Below the pieces are notes generated by a model, which saw nothing but the letters and a program-made list of their open reading frames with translations, had not been told where the DNA came from and did no database searches. 64,000 nucleotides of DNA from an uncultured Desulfatitalea sp. (GTDB taxonomy: Bacteria > Desulfobacterota > Desulfobacteria > Desulfobacterales > Desulfosarcinaceae): the NCBI GenBank assembly GCA_963668675.2, contig CAXXMB010000002.1:704001-768000 (forward strand). Reading direction: 5' to 3'. A program made the position numbers and the translations under genes. Below, one piece after another: positions 8,968 to 18,008 of the stretch. Positions within the stretch are counted from its first letter, which is position 1. Each line of letters starts with the position of its first letter.

Positions 8968-11385
8968 TCAGCGCACCTTGACGCGCAGGCGCAACTGAAA
9001 CGACGGCACACTGCCGCCGGATGCGCCGGTGAACGCACCTTTGGGGTTGATGCGAATGTGGGTCACATCGCTGTCGAACCCCAAACCATCAGGCACCGGC
9101 GTGTAGTCGAAGCTGGTGCCGTTGTTGTTTGAAAAGGCGATATCGTCTCCGTTGTCAGTCAGACCGCCGTAAGTGTAGGTAAGACCACTGGCAGTCGTGC
9201 CGTCGACAAAAAGCACCGGCCCAGACGCCGGGGCGCCCAGGTCGCCCACGAAGAGATCCGTGTTCGCAGGTACCGGATCGGTCACCACCACCGAATCGCC
9301 GTCTGTCGCACCGCCGCCCTGGTTGGTGGCGATGAGGGTATAGAGCATATGGGCCCCGGGTATGGCTTTGGGATTGGCGCCACCATTGACCGGGTCTGAC
9401 TCGACCAGGACCGTTTTAAGCAGGACAATGTCGGCCGAGGCCACCTGCAGGGTAGCGCTGGCGGTGTGCTGCACGAGGCCCTCACTGCCCTCCTCCGCGG
9501 TCACGCGGGCGGTCCAGAGGCCGTCGGTCGCGGTGGAAGGCAAGGTGTAGGCAAATTCATAGGTTTTGGTGGCAGCCAGGGAGTCGGCCACCTGGGTCAT
9601 CGGCGCAGGTGTGGGCGAACCGATCACGGGCGTGCCGTCGTCATCCTCCAGCACAAGGTCCGCACTGGTGATATCGAAACTACCGAAGGGATCGCTCACC
9701 GTTGCGCGGACGTGAACCGTCTGGCCGGGAGCGGCGTCGGCGACTGCCATGCCACCTGGATAGGGGGCATCGTAGAAGGCAACCTGATCCACGTTGATCA
9801 CGGTCCTGGCTTCCAGGGCGGCCCTGGAGTGCTCGCTGCCGGCAAGGGGGTGAACGTACAGCTGGCCATTGGCGCCATTATAGATGGATAGCAGGATCGA
9901 TTCTCCTGCCGGCACCGTCACATCGCCAGCCACCGGGACGGCAAAATCCCAGGCGGTGACCGAGGCAGCGGATGTGACGTAGACCCAGTTCTCTCCGATC
10001 AGGGTTCCCGAGGATGCATGAAGCTGTACCCGCACCCATCGATCACTGCCGGTCTCGAGCATCAGCCGGACAGGAATTGCGCCGGCATCTCCATCGATCG
10101 TCAAATCGGAGTAGAGCGCTGGAGCGAGGGTCCACGTCCGCGTCCGATAACGCCCGACCCTCACCCTGTCCTGTTGGGGCGGGGCGATGCGGGAGAGGTC
10201 CAGGTTCTCGTGAAGATAGAGCGGCTTGGTGCCGAAAGCGGGGACCGATCCGCCCGAGGCGACCGTTACACCGGCCGTGGGGCCGGTTGAGACATCGGAG
10301 AAGTTGGCCCCTCTCACCGTGGCCTGATTCTGGTACCACCCCGGGGTCGCACTGCTGCTGACCTGAAATGTGAGCTGAGTGGTTTGGCCGGGCCCCACCT
10401 GCCAGTTTCCACTCCATCGAATGGTTTGACCGCTAATGGCAGGCTCGCTGTTCGTCAGGCCGGTGGTGCTGCTCGCCCGATAAGAGAAACCGGGTGGAAG
10501 TTGGTCTTCGATATCGGCCACGAAAGCGGTGATGGAGCTGCTGTTCTGCAGCGTTATGGTGTAGTCGACCGTATCGCCTGTATTTACGGAGGTCGGCAGG
10601 GCGGACTTGGAGACGGCAAGCTGGCCGTCGGCCACAACCGCCCTGAACTGTTGCCGGTTATAGGCACCGCCGGTGGAGCCGACCACACCGAACCAGACGA
10701 TGGAGACGCCGCCGAAGATATCGGCGGCGATGTTATTCGTGTAGGTCAGCTCGTTCTTTTGTTGACCGTCCCAGAAGATGGTGAGGGTTCGGGTCGAACT
10801 GACCCAGACGAGGCGGATGGCATGATCGGCGCCATCTTCTATATCATCATCCAAGGAGTCGGCGCACTCAGGTCCCGCACCGTCGTGTTCGGGCTGGGAT
10901 GTAGCGTCGCGAATCTCATTGATGCCAATATGGTCGCAGGTCAAGTCGCCGCGGTCGTTGTTGTAATAAGTATCGATCTCAACGGCCAGGGCCGGGTAGA
11001 CACCGTGAATCCCCACCCACTCACCACCGTCCAGTGTGTCACCCAGCGCTGCGGTGCCGGCAGGGTCGTTTTGCAGAACGATCGAAAGGCCGTCGGCGCC
11101 GTTGTCGCGATCTCCCAGGTTGACCATCAGGGTGATATCGAAATCGGAAGATAGATCCACGGGCGTGTCGAGCCAGGCCGCACCGGCTTGGTTGCCCGAT
11201 TCCGGAGTGACGATGATGTCGTTCCCGTTGACCGTGGCCGAACCGGTGGGAACCCAGGCCGCACTTGATAGGGAGACACCCCAAAAAAGCGGGATGAGAA
11301 TGAGGCAGGCGATCCACCCAATTCTCAATTGTCCTGAGAAGCTCATATATTTCTTTAATGAAATCATATTTTCATGAACATCCAT
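8968..11385 (-). CDS. Secreted L-type (legume/ConA-like) lectin + DUF11 protein (~805 aa), putative tip adhesin
   Basis: Lectin motifs QAGAAWL, GADGLSIVLQ, LAVEIDTYYN, DHIGIN, FGVVGSTGG; one internal and one C-terminal DUF11; start uncertain. Confidence 0.85.
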   Translation of the reverse strand: MDVHENMISLKKYMSFSGQLRIGWIACLILIPLFWGVSLSSAAWVPTGSATVNGNDIIVTPESGNQAGAAWLDTPVDLSSDFDITLMVNLGDRDNGADGLSIVLQNDPAGTAALGDTLDGGEWVGIHGVYPALAVEIDTYYNNDRGDLTCDHIGINEIRDATSQPEHDGAGPECADSLDDDIEDGADHAIRLVWVSSTRTLTIFWDGQQKNELTYTNNIAADIFGGVSIVWFGVVGSTGGAYNRQQFRAVVADGQLAVSKSALPTSVNTGDTVDYTITLQNSSSITAFVADIEDQLPPGFSYRASSTTGLTNSEPAISGQTIRWSGNWQVGPGQTTQLTFQVSSSATPGWYQNQATVRGANFSDVSTGPTAGVTVASGGSVPAFGTKPLYLHENLDLSRIAPPQQDRVRVGRYRTRTWTLAPALYSDLTIDGDAGAIPVRLMLETGSDRWVRVQLHASSGTLIGENWVYVTSAASVTAWDFAVPVAGDVTVPAGESILLSIYNGANGQLYVHPLAGSEHSRAALEARTVINVDQVAFYDAPYPGGMAVADAAPGQTVHVRATVSDPFGSFDITSADLVLEDDDGTPVIGSPTPAPMTQVADSLAATKTYEFAYTLPSTATDGLWTARVTAEEGSEGLVQHTASATLQVASADIVLLKTVLVESDPVNGGANPKAIPGAHMLYTLIATNQGGGATDGDSVVVTDPVPANTDLFVGDLGAPASGPVLFVDGTTASGLTYTYGGLTDNGDDIAFSNNNGTSFDYTPVPDGLGFDSDVTHIRINPKGAFTGASGGSVPSFQLRLRVKVR

Positions 11386-11396
11386 TCCCGTATCAT

Positions 11397-11789
11397 TTAC
11401 TGAAACACTGGAAACTGAACGACCTTGTTGACGTTGAGCATCTTGTCCAGAACGGCGGCGACCTGCTCGTGGCCGCTGTCGGCGTAAGCGATGAAGCGCG
11501 GGCTCAACTTATGGGCCCATGTGATGATATCCTGATCGCGCCCGGGCAACACGAGCACGAGGCGCATGTCCAGCAGCAGGGGGCGCATCCCGATGAGCTG
11601 GCGCATCTCGATGGCGTCCCCCACCGAGATCAACAAAACTTCCACATCATGGCATGGCCGCCGCAGCCGCTGCTCCAATATCTGGAGCGAACGGCAGTGC
11701 ACCAGCGGCCGGCGCGACAGCGTCTCCATGACCACCTTTTCAAGGGATTCGACGACACGATTTTTCTCTGCGGCGTAGAACAGTATCAT
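11397..11789 (-). CDS. 130-aa receiver-like (pseudo-REC) protein, first gene of the operon
   Basis: ATG 11789 with AAGGAG RBS; the longer ORF start overlaps the sigma54 promoter; alpha/beta pattern like a REC fold with no acidic pocket. Confidence 0.65.
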   Translation of the reverse strand: MILFYAAEKNRVVESLEKVVMETLSRRPLVHCRSLQILEQRLRRPCHDVEVLLISVGDAIEMRQLIGMRPLLLDMRLVLVLPGRDQDIITWAHKLSPRFIAYADSGHEQVAAVLDKMLNVNKVVQFPVFQ

Positions 11790-11845
11790 CGAAGGCTCTC
11801 CTTTCTTGGCAATGCCCATCATTGGACCAATCCACAGATGCTCAC

Positions 11846-11861
11846 AGCAATTGCCGTGCCG
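11846..11861 (-). promoter_or_regulatory. sigma54 (-24/-12) promoter of the DUF11 operon
   Basis: CGGCAC-GGCAA-TTGCT = GG-N10-GC; AT-rich IHF-like TTTCAAATAGTTA upstream. Confidence 0.8.
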
Positions 11862-11947
11862 CATTCCAAATATTAAAATTTTGCTATTTTTTTCAAATAG
11901 TTATAAAATATGGAGAGTGAAACGGGCGGGACTGAAGACAGGGATTT

Positions 11948-11982
11948 GTCCGGAATTCCGGACGATGTCCGAATTAACGGAT
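11948..11982. promoter_or_regulatory. Tandem palindromic upstream activator sites for a sigma54 enhancer-binding protein
   Basis: Perfect 16-bp palindrome GTCCGGAATTCCGGAC (11948-11963) and imperfect GTCCGAATTAACGGAT (11967-11982), about 90-120 bp upstream of the promoter. Confidence 0.65.
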
Positions 11983-11983
11983 G

Positions 11984-13417
11984 CTAATTCTTCTCATTGA
12001 GACGATACTTGGCCATCATCTCGTACAATCGGGAACGCGAGATTCCCGAGCGTTTGCATGCGTTGGGGATGTTGTTGCCGCAGATGTGCAACAGATCCTC
12101 CAGATACTTCTGCTCCACCCGGACCCGGTAGGTTTTGAAGTCGGGCAGATTATCCAGATCTTCCTGAGGCGCCTCCTTTTGGGTCGGCGTCTCCAGGCTG
12201 GCACAGGCGACTTGAATACGAAGATTGGGGGGAAGGTGCTTGGGATGCAGGGTCACATCGTTACCGGAGACAGCCAGCATGGCGTCAACGGTATGCACCA
12301 GTTCACGCACATTGCCCGGCCAGGCGTATTTGGCCATTGTTTCCAGTAGTTCCGGCGCGAAGCCTTTGGGGTCGATACCGTAGGACTCGCACAACCGGTG
12401 GGTGTGGTAGCGAACCAGATCCTGGATGTCGGATTGGCGTTCGCGCAGTGGTGGCAGGTCTATGGTCAGGGCTCGCAATCGAAAGAGCAGATCCTTGCGA
12501 AACGCCCCCTCCTCCACCATCTTTTCCAAATCGCGGTTGGTGGCGGCGATCAGCCTGAAATCGCTCTCGCGCTCCTTTTTGCCGCCCACCGGGCGGAAAC
12601 GACGCTCCTGCAGAACACGCAAAAAGGCTTTCTGGATGCTCAGAGGCAGCTCGCCCACCTCATCGAGAAAAAGCGTGCCGCCATCGGCCTGGGCGATGAG
12701 CCCATCGTGATCGCGATCGGCCCCCGTAAACGCCCCCCTGGCGTGACCGAACAGAACGCTCTCCACAAGGGTCTCGGGAAGGGCCGTGCAATCAACGACG
12801 ACAAAGTTTTTGTCCGCCCGCGGATTGCTTGTGCGCAAAGCGGGATCGAGTGACCGCATGCGGGCCCGCGGGCTGTTGGAATGGATGGCGCGCGCGAAGA
12901 GCTCTTTGCCGGTTCCGGTCTCGCCCACGATGAGCACACTGGCATCGCTTCCGGCACACTGTCCGAGCAGCGCGAAGCACGCTTTCATCTTCGGGCTGTT
13001 GCCGATGATCCGTTCGCGTTTGATGGCAACGGGCGTCTCCTTGGTGCGCTGCTCGTCCCGATACTGCAAAGCCTGATCGAGGCTCATGGCCAGGGCACGC
13101 GAATCGTCCTGAACCACCATGTACTCCCAAGCCCCGTTGCGTAAAGCGAATTCGGCCGCCCGGGGTTCCCCCTGGCGGGAGACGACAACCACTTCGGGGC
13201 AGTCGGGAAGTTGTTTGAGCCGCGGCAGCAGCGCCAAACCATCACCGTCCGGTAGATGCGTCGCCAGGATCACCGCCTCGGCCCGTTGCTCTATGGCCCG
13301 GGACCACCCCTTTGAGAGGTTGGTTGCGGTTAAGATGGTATGCCCGATAGGCTTGAGCAGGGAGGTCACGGCCGTGATCATCTCTTTGTCATCCGCGATA
13401 ATCAACGCCTTGCCCAT
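11984..13417 (-). CDS. sigma54-dependent transcriptional activator (REC-like, AAA+, Fis-type HTH)
   Basis: Walker A GETGTGKE, GAFTGA, Walker B LFLDEVG, WPGNVREL, C-terminal HTH. Confidence 0.95.
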   Translation of the reverse strand: MGKALIIADDKEMITAVTSLLKPIGHTILTATNLSKGWSRAIEQRAEAVILATHLPDGDGLALLPRLKQLPDCPEVVVVSRQGEPRAAEFALRNGAWEYMVVQDDSRALAMSLDQALQYRDEQRTKETPVAIKRERIIGNSPKMKACFALLGQCAGSDASVLIVGETGTGKELFARAIHSNSPRARMRSLDPALRTSNPRADKNFVVVDCTALPETLVESVLFGHARGAFTGADRDHDGLIAQADGGTLFLDEVGELPLSIQKAFLRVLQERRFRPVGGKKERESDFRLIAATNRDLEKMVEEGAFRKDLLFRLRALTIDLPPLRERQSDIQDLVRYHTHRLCESYGIDPKGFAPELLETMAKYAWPGNVRELVHTVDAMLAVSGNDVTLHPKHLPPNLRIQVACASLETPTQKEAPQEDLDNLPDFKTYRVRVEQKYLEDLLHICGNNIPNACKRSGISRSRLYEMMAKYRLNEKN

Positions 13418-13487
13418 GTGAACTCCGATAGTGGCCGCCTGCTCGGTTAAGCTTAAGAAGTGATAATGAAACCGTACTGTTAAGCGG

Positions 13488-13517
13488 ATGATACATGAAA
13501 AAATGATTGTGTGTCAA
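13488..13517 (-). promoter_or_regulatory. sigma70-type promoter of the activator gene
   Basis: TTGACA-N18-TATCAT. Confidence 0.5.
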
Positions 13518-13724
13518 GCACTTAGACAACGCAATATGTAGTGCCTGCCCACGAGACGCCTTTGCGTCGATCCCAGCGTCCGGCAAACCGGATCGGCCCC
13601 CGCCCAAAAAGTCCAATTGCCATGCCGACACCATTCAAGTTTTGCCGGCCAGGGCCGATAGCAGGAGTGATCGCTTTTGATATCGCGTTCACTTGAACGC
13701 AACACCGGGGAGGCCTGTTTGTAA

Positions 13725-15839
13725 ATGCATCGGTTTACACCTATCGCTTATTTGCTTTGTATCTGGAGCGCGCTGCTTGTCTCGCACGCAATGGCGGATC
13801 AAGCAGCGGCTTATCGTCCGGGAGAGCTGTTGGTCCGGTTCGCGACCCAATCCCGTGCGGCCGCCCTTGATAGAGCCGAGAGCGACCACGGCGTGCGGGT
13901 TGCAGGCTCATTGGACCATGGCCGGATTCACCATCTGCTTTTGCCGGACGATATGAGTGTCGAGCAAGCGTTGGCGATCTACCGGGACGATCCCGATATT
14001 GAGTTTGTCGAGCCCAACTACCTGATCACACCCCAGGCGACGCCCAACGATAACGACTTTTCATACCAATGGAATTTGAACAATGTGGGACAGGTCGTGT
14101 CCGGCTATGTGGGCATCACTGGTGCGGACATCGATGCAGTCAGAGCCTGGGATCTGGCGACCGGCGATGGCAGTGTCGTCGTGGCTGTGGTCGATACGGG
14201 ATGTCATCTGACCCATCCCGATCTGGCCGCCAACCTCTGGACCAATGGCATTGAGATTCCGAACAATGGTGTGGACGAAGATCACAACGGATACGTCGAC
14301 GACATCCATGGATGGGACTTTGTGGACAATGACAACATGCCCCAGGACGCCACCGGCCATGGCACGCATGTGGCCGGCACCATCGGCGCCCAGGGCAACA
14401 ACGATATAGGGATCGCCGGTATCGGATGGCAGGCCAGCATCATGCCGCTTCGATTCATGAACGCCTTTGATCAGGGGACGGTGGCGGATGCCATCCAGGC
14501 CATCGAGTACGCGGTGGCCAACGGCGCCCGGATTATCAACTGCAGCTGGGGCAGCACCGGCTACAGCATCTCGCTGAGCAGTGTCATGGCCAACGCCGAC
14601 GCCCTGTTTGTATGCGCGGCAGGCAATAGTACTAGTGATAACGATCAATCCGGCTTCTACCCGGCCAGCTACCCGTTGAACAACGTGCTATCCGTGGCAG
14701 CCAGCGATCAGATGGACCGCCTGGCCTGGTTTTCCAATATCGGCAGGCAGAGCGTTCACCTGGCGGCGCCGGGTGTCCGCATCCTGAGTCTCGGTGTGCA
14801 GCGACAGACCTTCTGGTCCGATAATTTCAGCGATGGCACACTGGATGACTGGAGCACCGGCGGCACTCCGGACGACTGGACGGTGAAAGAGGCGGCCCAG
14901 TACGCGGACACCACCACCCTGGCCGTGACCCCCGACAGCAGCTACCCGGCAAATGCCGATACGTGGGCAGCCACCCCGCAGCTGAACTTGAGCGGCAGGT
15001 ATGGTTGCAAGCTCACGTTCCAACTCATTGGCGCTTCCGAAGCCAACCACGACTATCTCTATGTCGAAGTGTCGACGGACGGCAACCTATGGGACAACCA
15101 ACCGGTCGAGGTGGGCAGCAGCATCAAATACAGTGGGATATCCGGCGCCATACCCTACTGGACGACTGCGAGCCTCGATCTGGGGGAATGGGACAACGAG
15201 GACCGGCTTCAAATCCGCTTTCGGTTTACAAGCGATGCATCCGTTTCGAACACGGGCTTTTTCATTGACGGGCTGTCGCTCAGCACCACAGCCGTCAATG
15301 AGACCTATCAGTATATGAATGGCACCTCCATGGCAGCTGCCGTTGCTTCCGGTGTGGCTGCCCTGGTGCAATCCCAGAGCCTGACCTGGGACTATTTGGC
15401 ACTGAAGAACGTCCTGATCGACAGCATCGATCTCAATGCCGAGTTCACCGGTATTACCATCGGCGGCGGTCGGCTCAATGCCTACAACGCCTTGACCCTG
15501 CTCAGTGACCTATCGCTTTCAGCCAATTCAATGGGAACCGATCGGGTCCAGCTCACCTGGAGCGTGCAATCACCGCTGGATGACCATGTCGCCGTCGAAC
15601 GACGCTCCGAAGATGAAATCGGATTCCAGGCGATTGCCCAAATCGGGGCGGATGCCACCAGCTATACCGACACGTCGGTGCAACCCAACACGACCTACTA
15701 CTACCGCGTCCAGGCCCAAACCCAGGACGGCCGTAGCGGCTACTCCAATCAAAGCCTGGCCACCACAACCGAATCATCCGCTGGCGGTGGCGGCGGAGGC
15801 GGTGGCGGTGGCTGCTTTATCGGGCATCTGATCGATTGA
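13725..15839 (+). CDS. Secreted S8 subtilisin-family serine protease with beta-sandwich insertion, FN3 domain and Gly-rich CFI tail
   Basis: Triad motifs VDTG, HGTHVAG, GTSMA; prodomain; FN3 motif YTDTSVQPNTTYYYRV; ends GGGGGGGGGCFIGHLID. Confidence 0.92.
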   Translation: MHRFTPIAYLLCIWSALLVSHAMADQAAAYRPGELLVRFATQSRAAALDRAESDHGVRVAGSLDHGRIHHLLLPDDMSVEQALAIYRDDPDIEFVEPNYLITPQATPNDNDFSYQWNLNNVGQVVSGYVGITGADIDAVRAWDLATGDGSVVVAVVDTGCHLTHPDLAANLWTNGIEIPNNGVDEDHNGYVDDIHGWDFVDNDNMPQDATGHGTHVAGTIGAQGNNDIGIAGIGWQASIMPLRFMNAFDQGTVADAIQAIEYAVANGARIINCSWGSTGYSISLSSVMANADALFVCAAGNSTSDNDQSGFYPASYPLNNVLSVAASDQMDRLAWFSNIGRQSVHLAAPGVRILSLGVQRQTFWSDNFSDGTLDDWSTGGTPDDWTVKEAAQYADTTTLAVTPDSSYPANADTWAATPQLNLSGRYGCKLTFQLIGASEANHDYLYVEVSTDGNLWDNQPVEVGSSIKYSGISGAIPYWTTASLDLGEWDNEDRLQIRFRFTSDASVSNTGFFIDGLSLSTTAVNETYQYMNGTSMAAAVASGVAALVQSQSLTWDYLALKNVLIDSIDLNAEFTGITIGGGRLNAYNALTLLSDLSLSANSMGTDRVQLTWSVQSPLDDHVAVERRSEDEIGFQAIAQIGADATSYTDTSVQPNTTYYYRVQAQTQDGRSGYSNQSLATTTESSAGGGGGGGGGGCFIGHLID

Positions 15840-15852
15840 AGCGTATCGAGTC

Positions 15853-16536
15853 TTAACCGTTGCCCAACTGCTCTAAGATCGTCTTGATCTCGACCAGGCG
15901 GCCGATGCGATAGTCACACTCGGCATCACGAAGCCGTGGATCGTTGCCGCTGTCGAGCAATATCGTCACCGCCCCCGCATCCTTTCCAGCCTGACAATCA
16001 AAAAGATAGTCACCCACCATCAGCACCTGGCGGGGCGTGAGATGAAAACGACGGGCCGCCCAGAGGATACCCTCTCCGCTCGGCTTCGGGGCGACGGGAT
16101 CCTCCCGCGTGATGATCATATTGAAATCCCGGGCCCCGAGCGGATGAAATCCCTCCAGGGCAGATAGCACCGATGCCCTGCTGTTTCGGGTAATGATGCC
16201 CAGGGCCAGGTTGCGCCGTTTGAGCCAGGCAATGGTTTCAAGCGCCCCGATATTGGGGGTCGATCGCTGTGCCGCCTCGATTTCGAACACGGCAAGTCTC
16301 TCCATTGCCTCTGTTTGAGACCGTTGATCCTCCAACGATTGGATGTACTCGAGAATCGGAGTGTCGAGCGGACAGCCAAGAGCCGACTTTATGCATGGGA
16401 AATCGAGGGCGCCCGGAGTGGTCAGTGTCCCATCGAAATCAAAGAGCAGGGCTTTGATGGGGTCACCGCCTGCCAGACGAGCTGACGATTGCGCTGAAGT
16501 TCCGTCCATGGTGCACTGGGGGTCGTCGTTTCGCAT
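15853..16536 (-). CDS. HAD-superfamily hydrolase
   Basis: FDFDGTL, ITRN, KPSG, MVGDYLFD motifs. Confidence 0.9.
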   Translation of the reverse strand: MRNDDPQCTMDGTSAQSSARLAGGDPIKALLFDFDGTLTTPGALDFPCIKSALGCPLDTPILEYIQSLEDQRSQTEAMERLAVFEIEAAQRSTPNIGALETIAWLKRRNLALGIITRNSRASVLSALEGFHPLGARDFNMIITREDPVAPKPSGEGILWAARRFHLTPRQVLMVGDYLFDCQAGKDAGAVTILLDSGNDPRLRDAECDYRIGRLVEIKTILEQLGNG

Positions 16537-16672
16537 GATGTGATTCCGAATATATTGGACAACTCAACCAAGACTGCCTATAGATATAGGAAATACCCAA
16601 CTTTTCAAGCGATAAAGCGTCCACCCGATTCACAAACGCGGTCCTGCCGCCAGCTACCCAAAGGAGAAATCC

Positions 16673-17143
16673 ATGACGCAAAAAATCCTCATCGCCATCG
16701 ATGATTCCAACAATGCCTTGAGAGCGGCTGAATTTGTCGCCCGCCACTTCTCCCAGGAGAACCGGATCACCTTGCTAAACGTGATGCTCGATACGGCAGC
16801 GCTGTGCAATATGGACAGCCCTGAGCTGATCCCACTGTTCAAATCGCAGCAGACAAGCTTCTGCTCGTTGGAGGACAAAAAGCGGGAGCTGGTCGAACAG
16901 GCAATGGAAAAGGCCAAAAAGATTCTCTTGTCGTCCGGTTTCACTCCGGAGAATGTCACCATAAAAATCGAGAACAAGAAGCATAGCGTCGCCCGAGATA
17001 TTCTGACCGAAGCGGAAAATGGGTACGACTTGATCGTCATGGGCCGCAGAGGCATCTCCGGGATAAAAGAGTTCTTCCTGGGCAGCACTTCCCAGAAGGT
17101 GTTTCAGGGCGCCAAGGAGTTATCCGTACTCATCGTCAATTAG
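16673..17143 (+). CDS. Universal stress protein
   Basis: KILIAIDDS...DLIVMGRRG...FLGSTSQKV; RBS AAGGAG. Confidence 0.92.
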   Translation: MTQKILIAIDDSNNALRAAEFVARHFSQENRITLLNVMLDTAALCNMDSPELIPLFKSQQTSFCSLEDKKRELVEQAMEKAKKILLSSGFTPENVTIKIENKKHSVARDILTEAENGYDLIVMGRRGISGIKEFFLGSTSQKVFQGAKELSVLIVN

Positions 17144-17186
17144 CTTCCGTTGTCATCCGGCACGCGTCGGATGCGCACACCAGCGA

Positions 17187-18008
17187 ATGGGGACAGTGTT
17201 CAGCAACATGCCTTTTCTACCCTTGATCGAATCCGGTTACATGCGCATGCTGGACGGTATTTTCGCGCGCAGCCGCCAACCCACACCGTCTGCGTCGATC
17301 CTGAAAGCGTGCAAGCTCGTCGCCCATCGGGGCGAACACGACAACCTGACGGTAATGGAAAACAGTCTGGCCGCCTTCGAGCGAGCCGCGGATGCTGATG
17401 TATGGGGGGTCGAGCTGGACGTTCGCTGGACCAAGGATTTTGTGCCGGTGGTCTTCCACGACGCCGATCTCTCCAGGCTGTTCAATCGGCCGGAGCAGAT
17501 CGGGAGGCTTTCTTTCAATGAGCTGCGGGAGCGTGTCGATGTAATCCCCAAGCTGGCAGAGGTAGTTGAACGTTTCGGGGGAAAGCTACACTTGATGATC
17601 GAGATCAAACATCACGATTGGCCCGACCCCAAGCGTCAAAGCCGGGCGCTGATAGAAACACTCGCGCCACTCGTCCCGGCTGAAGCGTACCACCTGATGG
17701 TGCTGGACCCGGCCATCATGGCTCACTTGGATGGTTTCACCACGCGGTGCATGATCGCCATCGCTTATCACTGGCCCGACCGCTACAGCCGATGGGTCAT
17801 CGAGAATAACTGGGGCGGGTTGGCCACCCACTACAGTGTGCTGCGCCGTTCCCATATCGAGCGGCACCAATCCAAAGGGCAGCGCGTCGGCACAGCATTT
17901 CCGGCGTCACGCAACTGCCTGTTTCGCGAATTGAACCGCGGTGTGGATTTCATCTTCTCTAACCATGCCGCGCCATTGCAGACGATCATAGGAAGGAGTT
18001 GCCCATGA
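17187..18008 (+). CDS. Glycerophosphodiester phosphodiesterase family protein
   Basis: VAHRG, ENS, VELDV, VFHD, IEIK motifs; start uncertain. Confidence 0.85.
   Translation: MGTVFSNMPFLPLIESGYMRMLDGIFARSRQPTPSASILKACKLVAHRGEHDNLTVMENSLAAFERAADADVWGVELDVRWTKDFVPVVFHDADLSRLFNRPEQIGRLSFNELRERVDVIPKLAEVVERFGGKLHLMIEIKHHDWPDPKRQSRALIETLAPLVPAEAYHLMVLDPAIMAHLDGFTTRCMIAIAYHWPDRYSRWVIENNWGGLATHYSVLRRSHIERHQSKGQRVGTAFPASRNCLFRELNRGVDFIFSNHAAPLQTIIGRSCP

Noticed and set aside
11790..11864. Longer start for the pseudo-receiver gene
   Set aside because: Overlaps the sigma54 promoter; a good RBS precedes ATG 11789
15783..15812. GGC/GGT tandem repeat as a contingency locus
   Set aside because: Mixed codons encoding an in-frame poly-Gly linker
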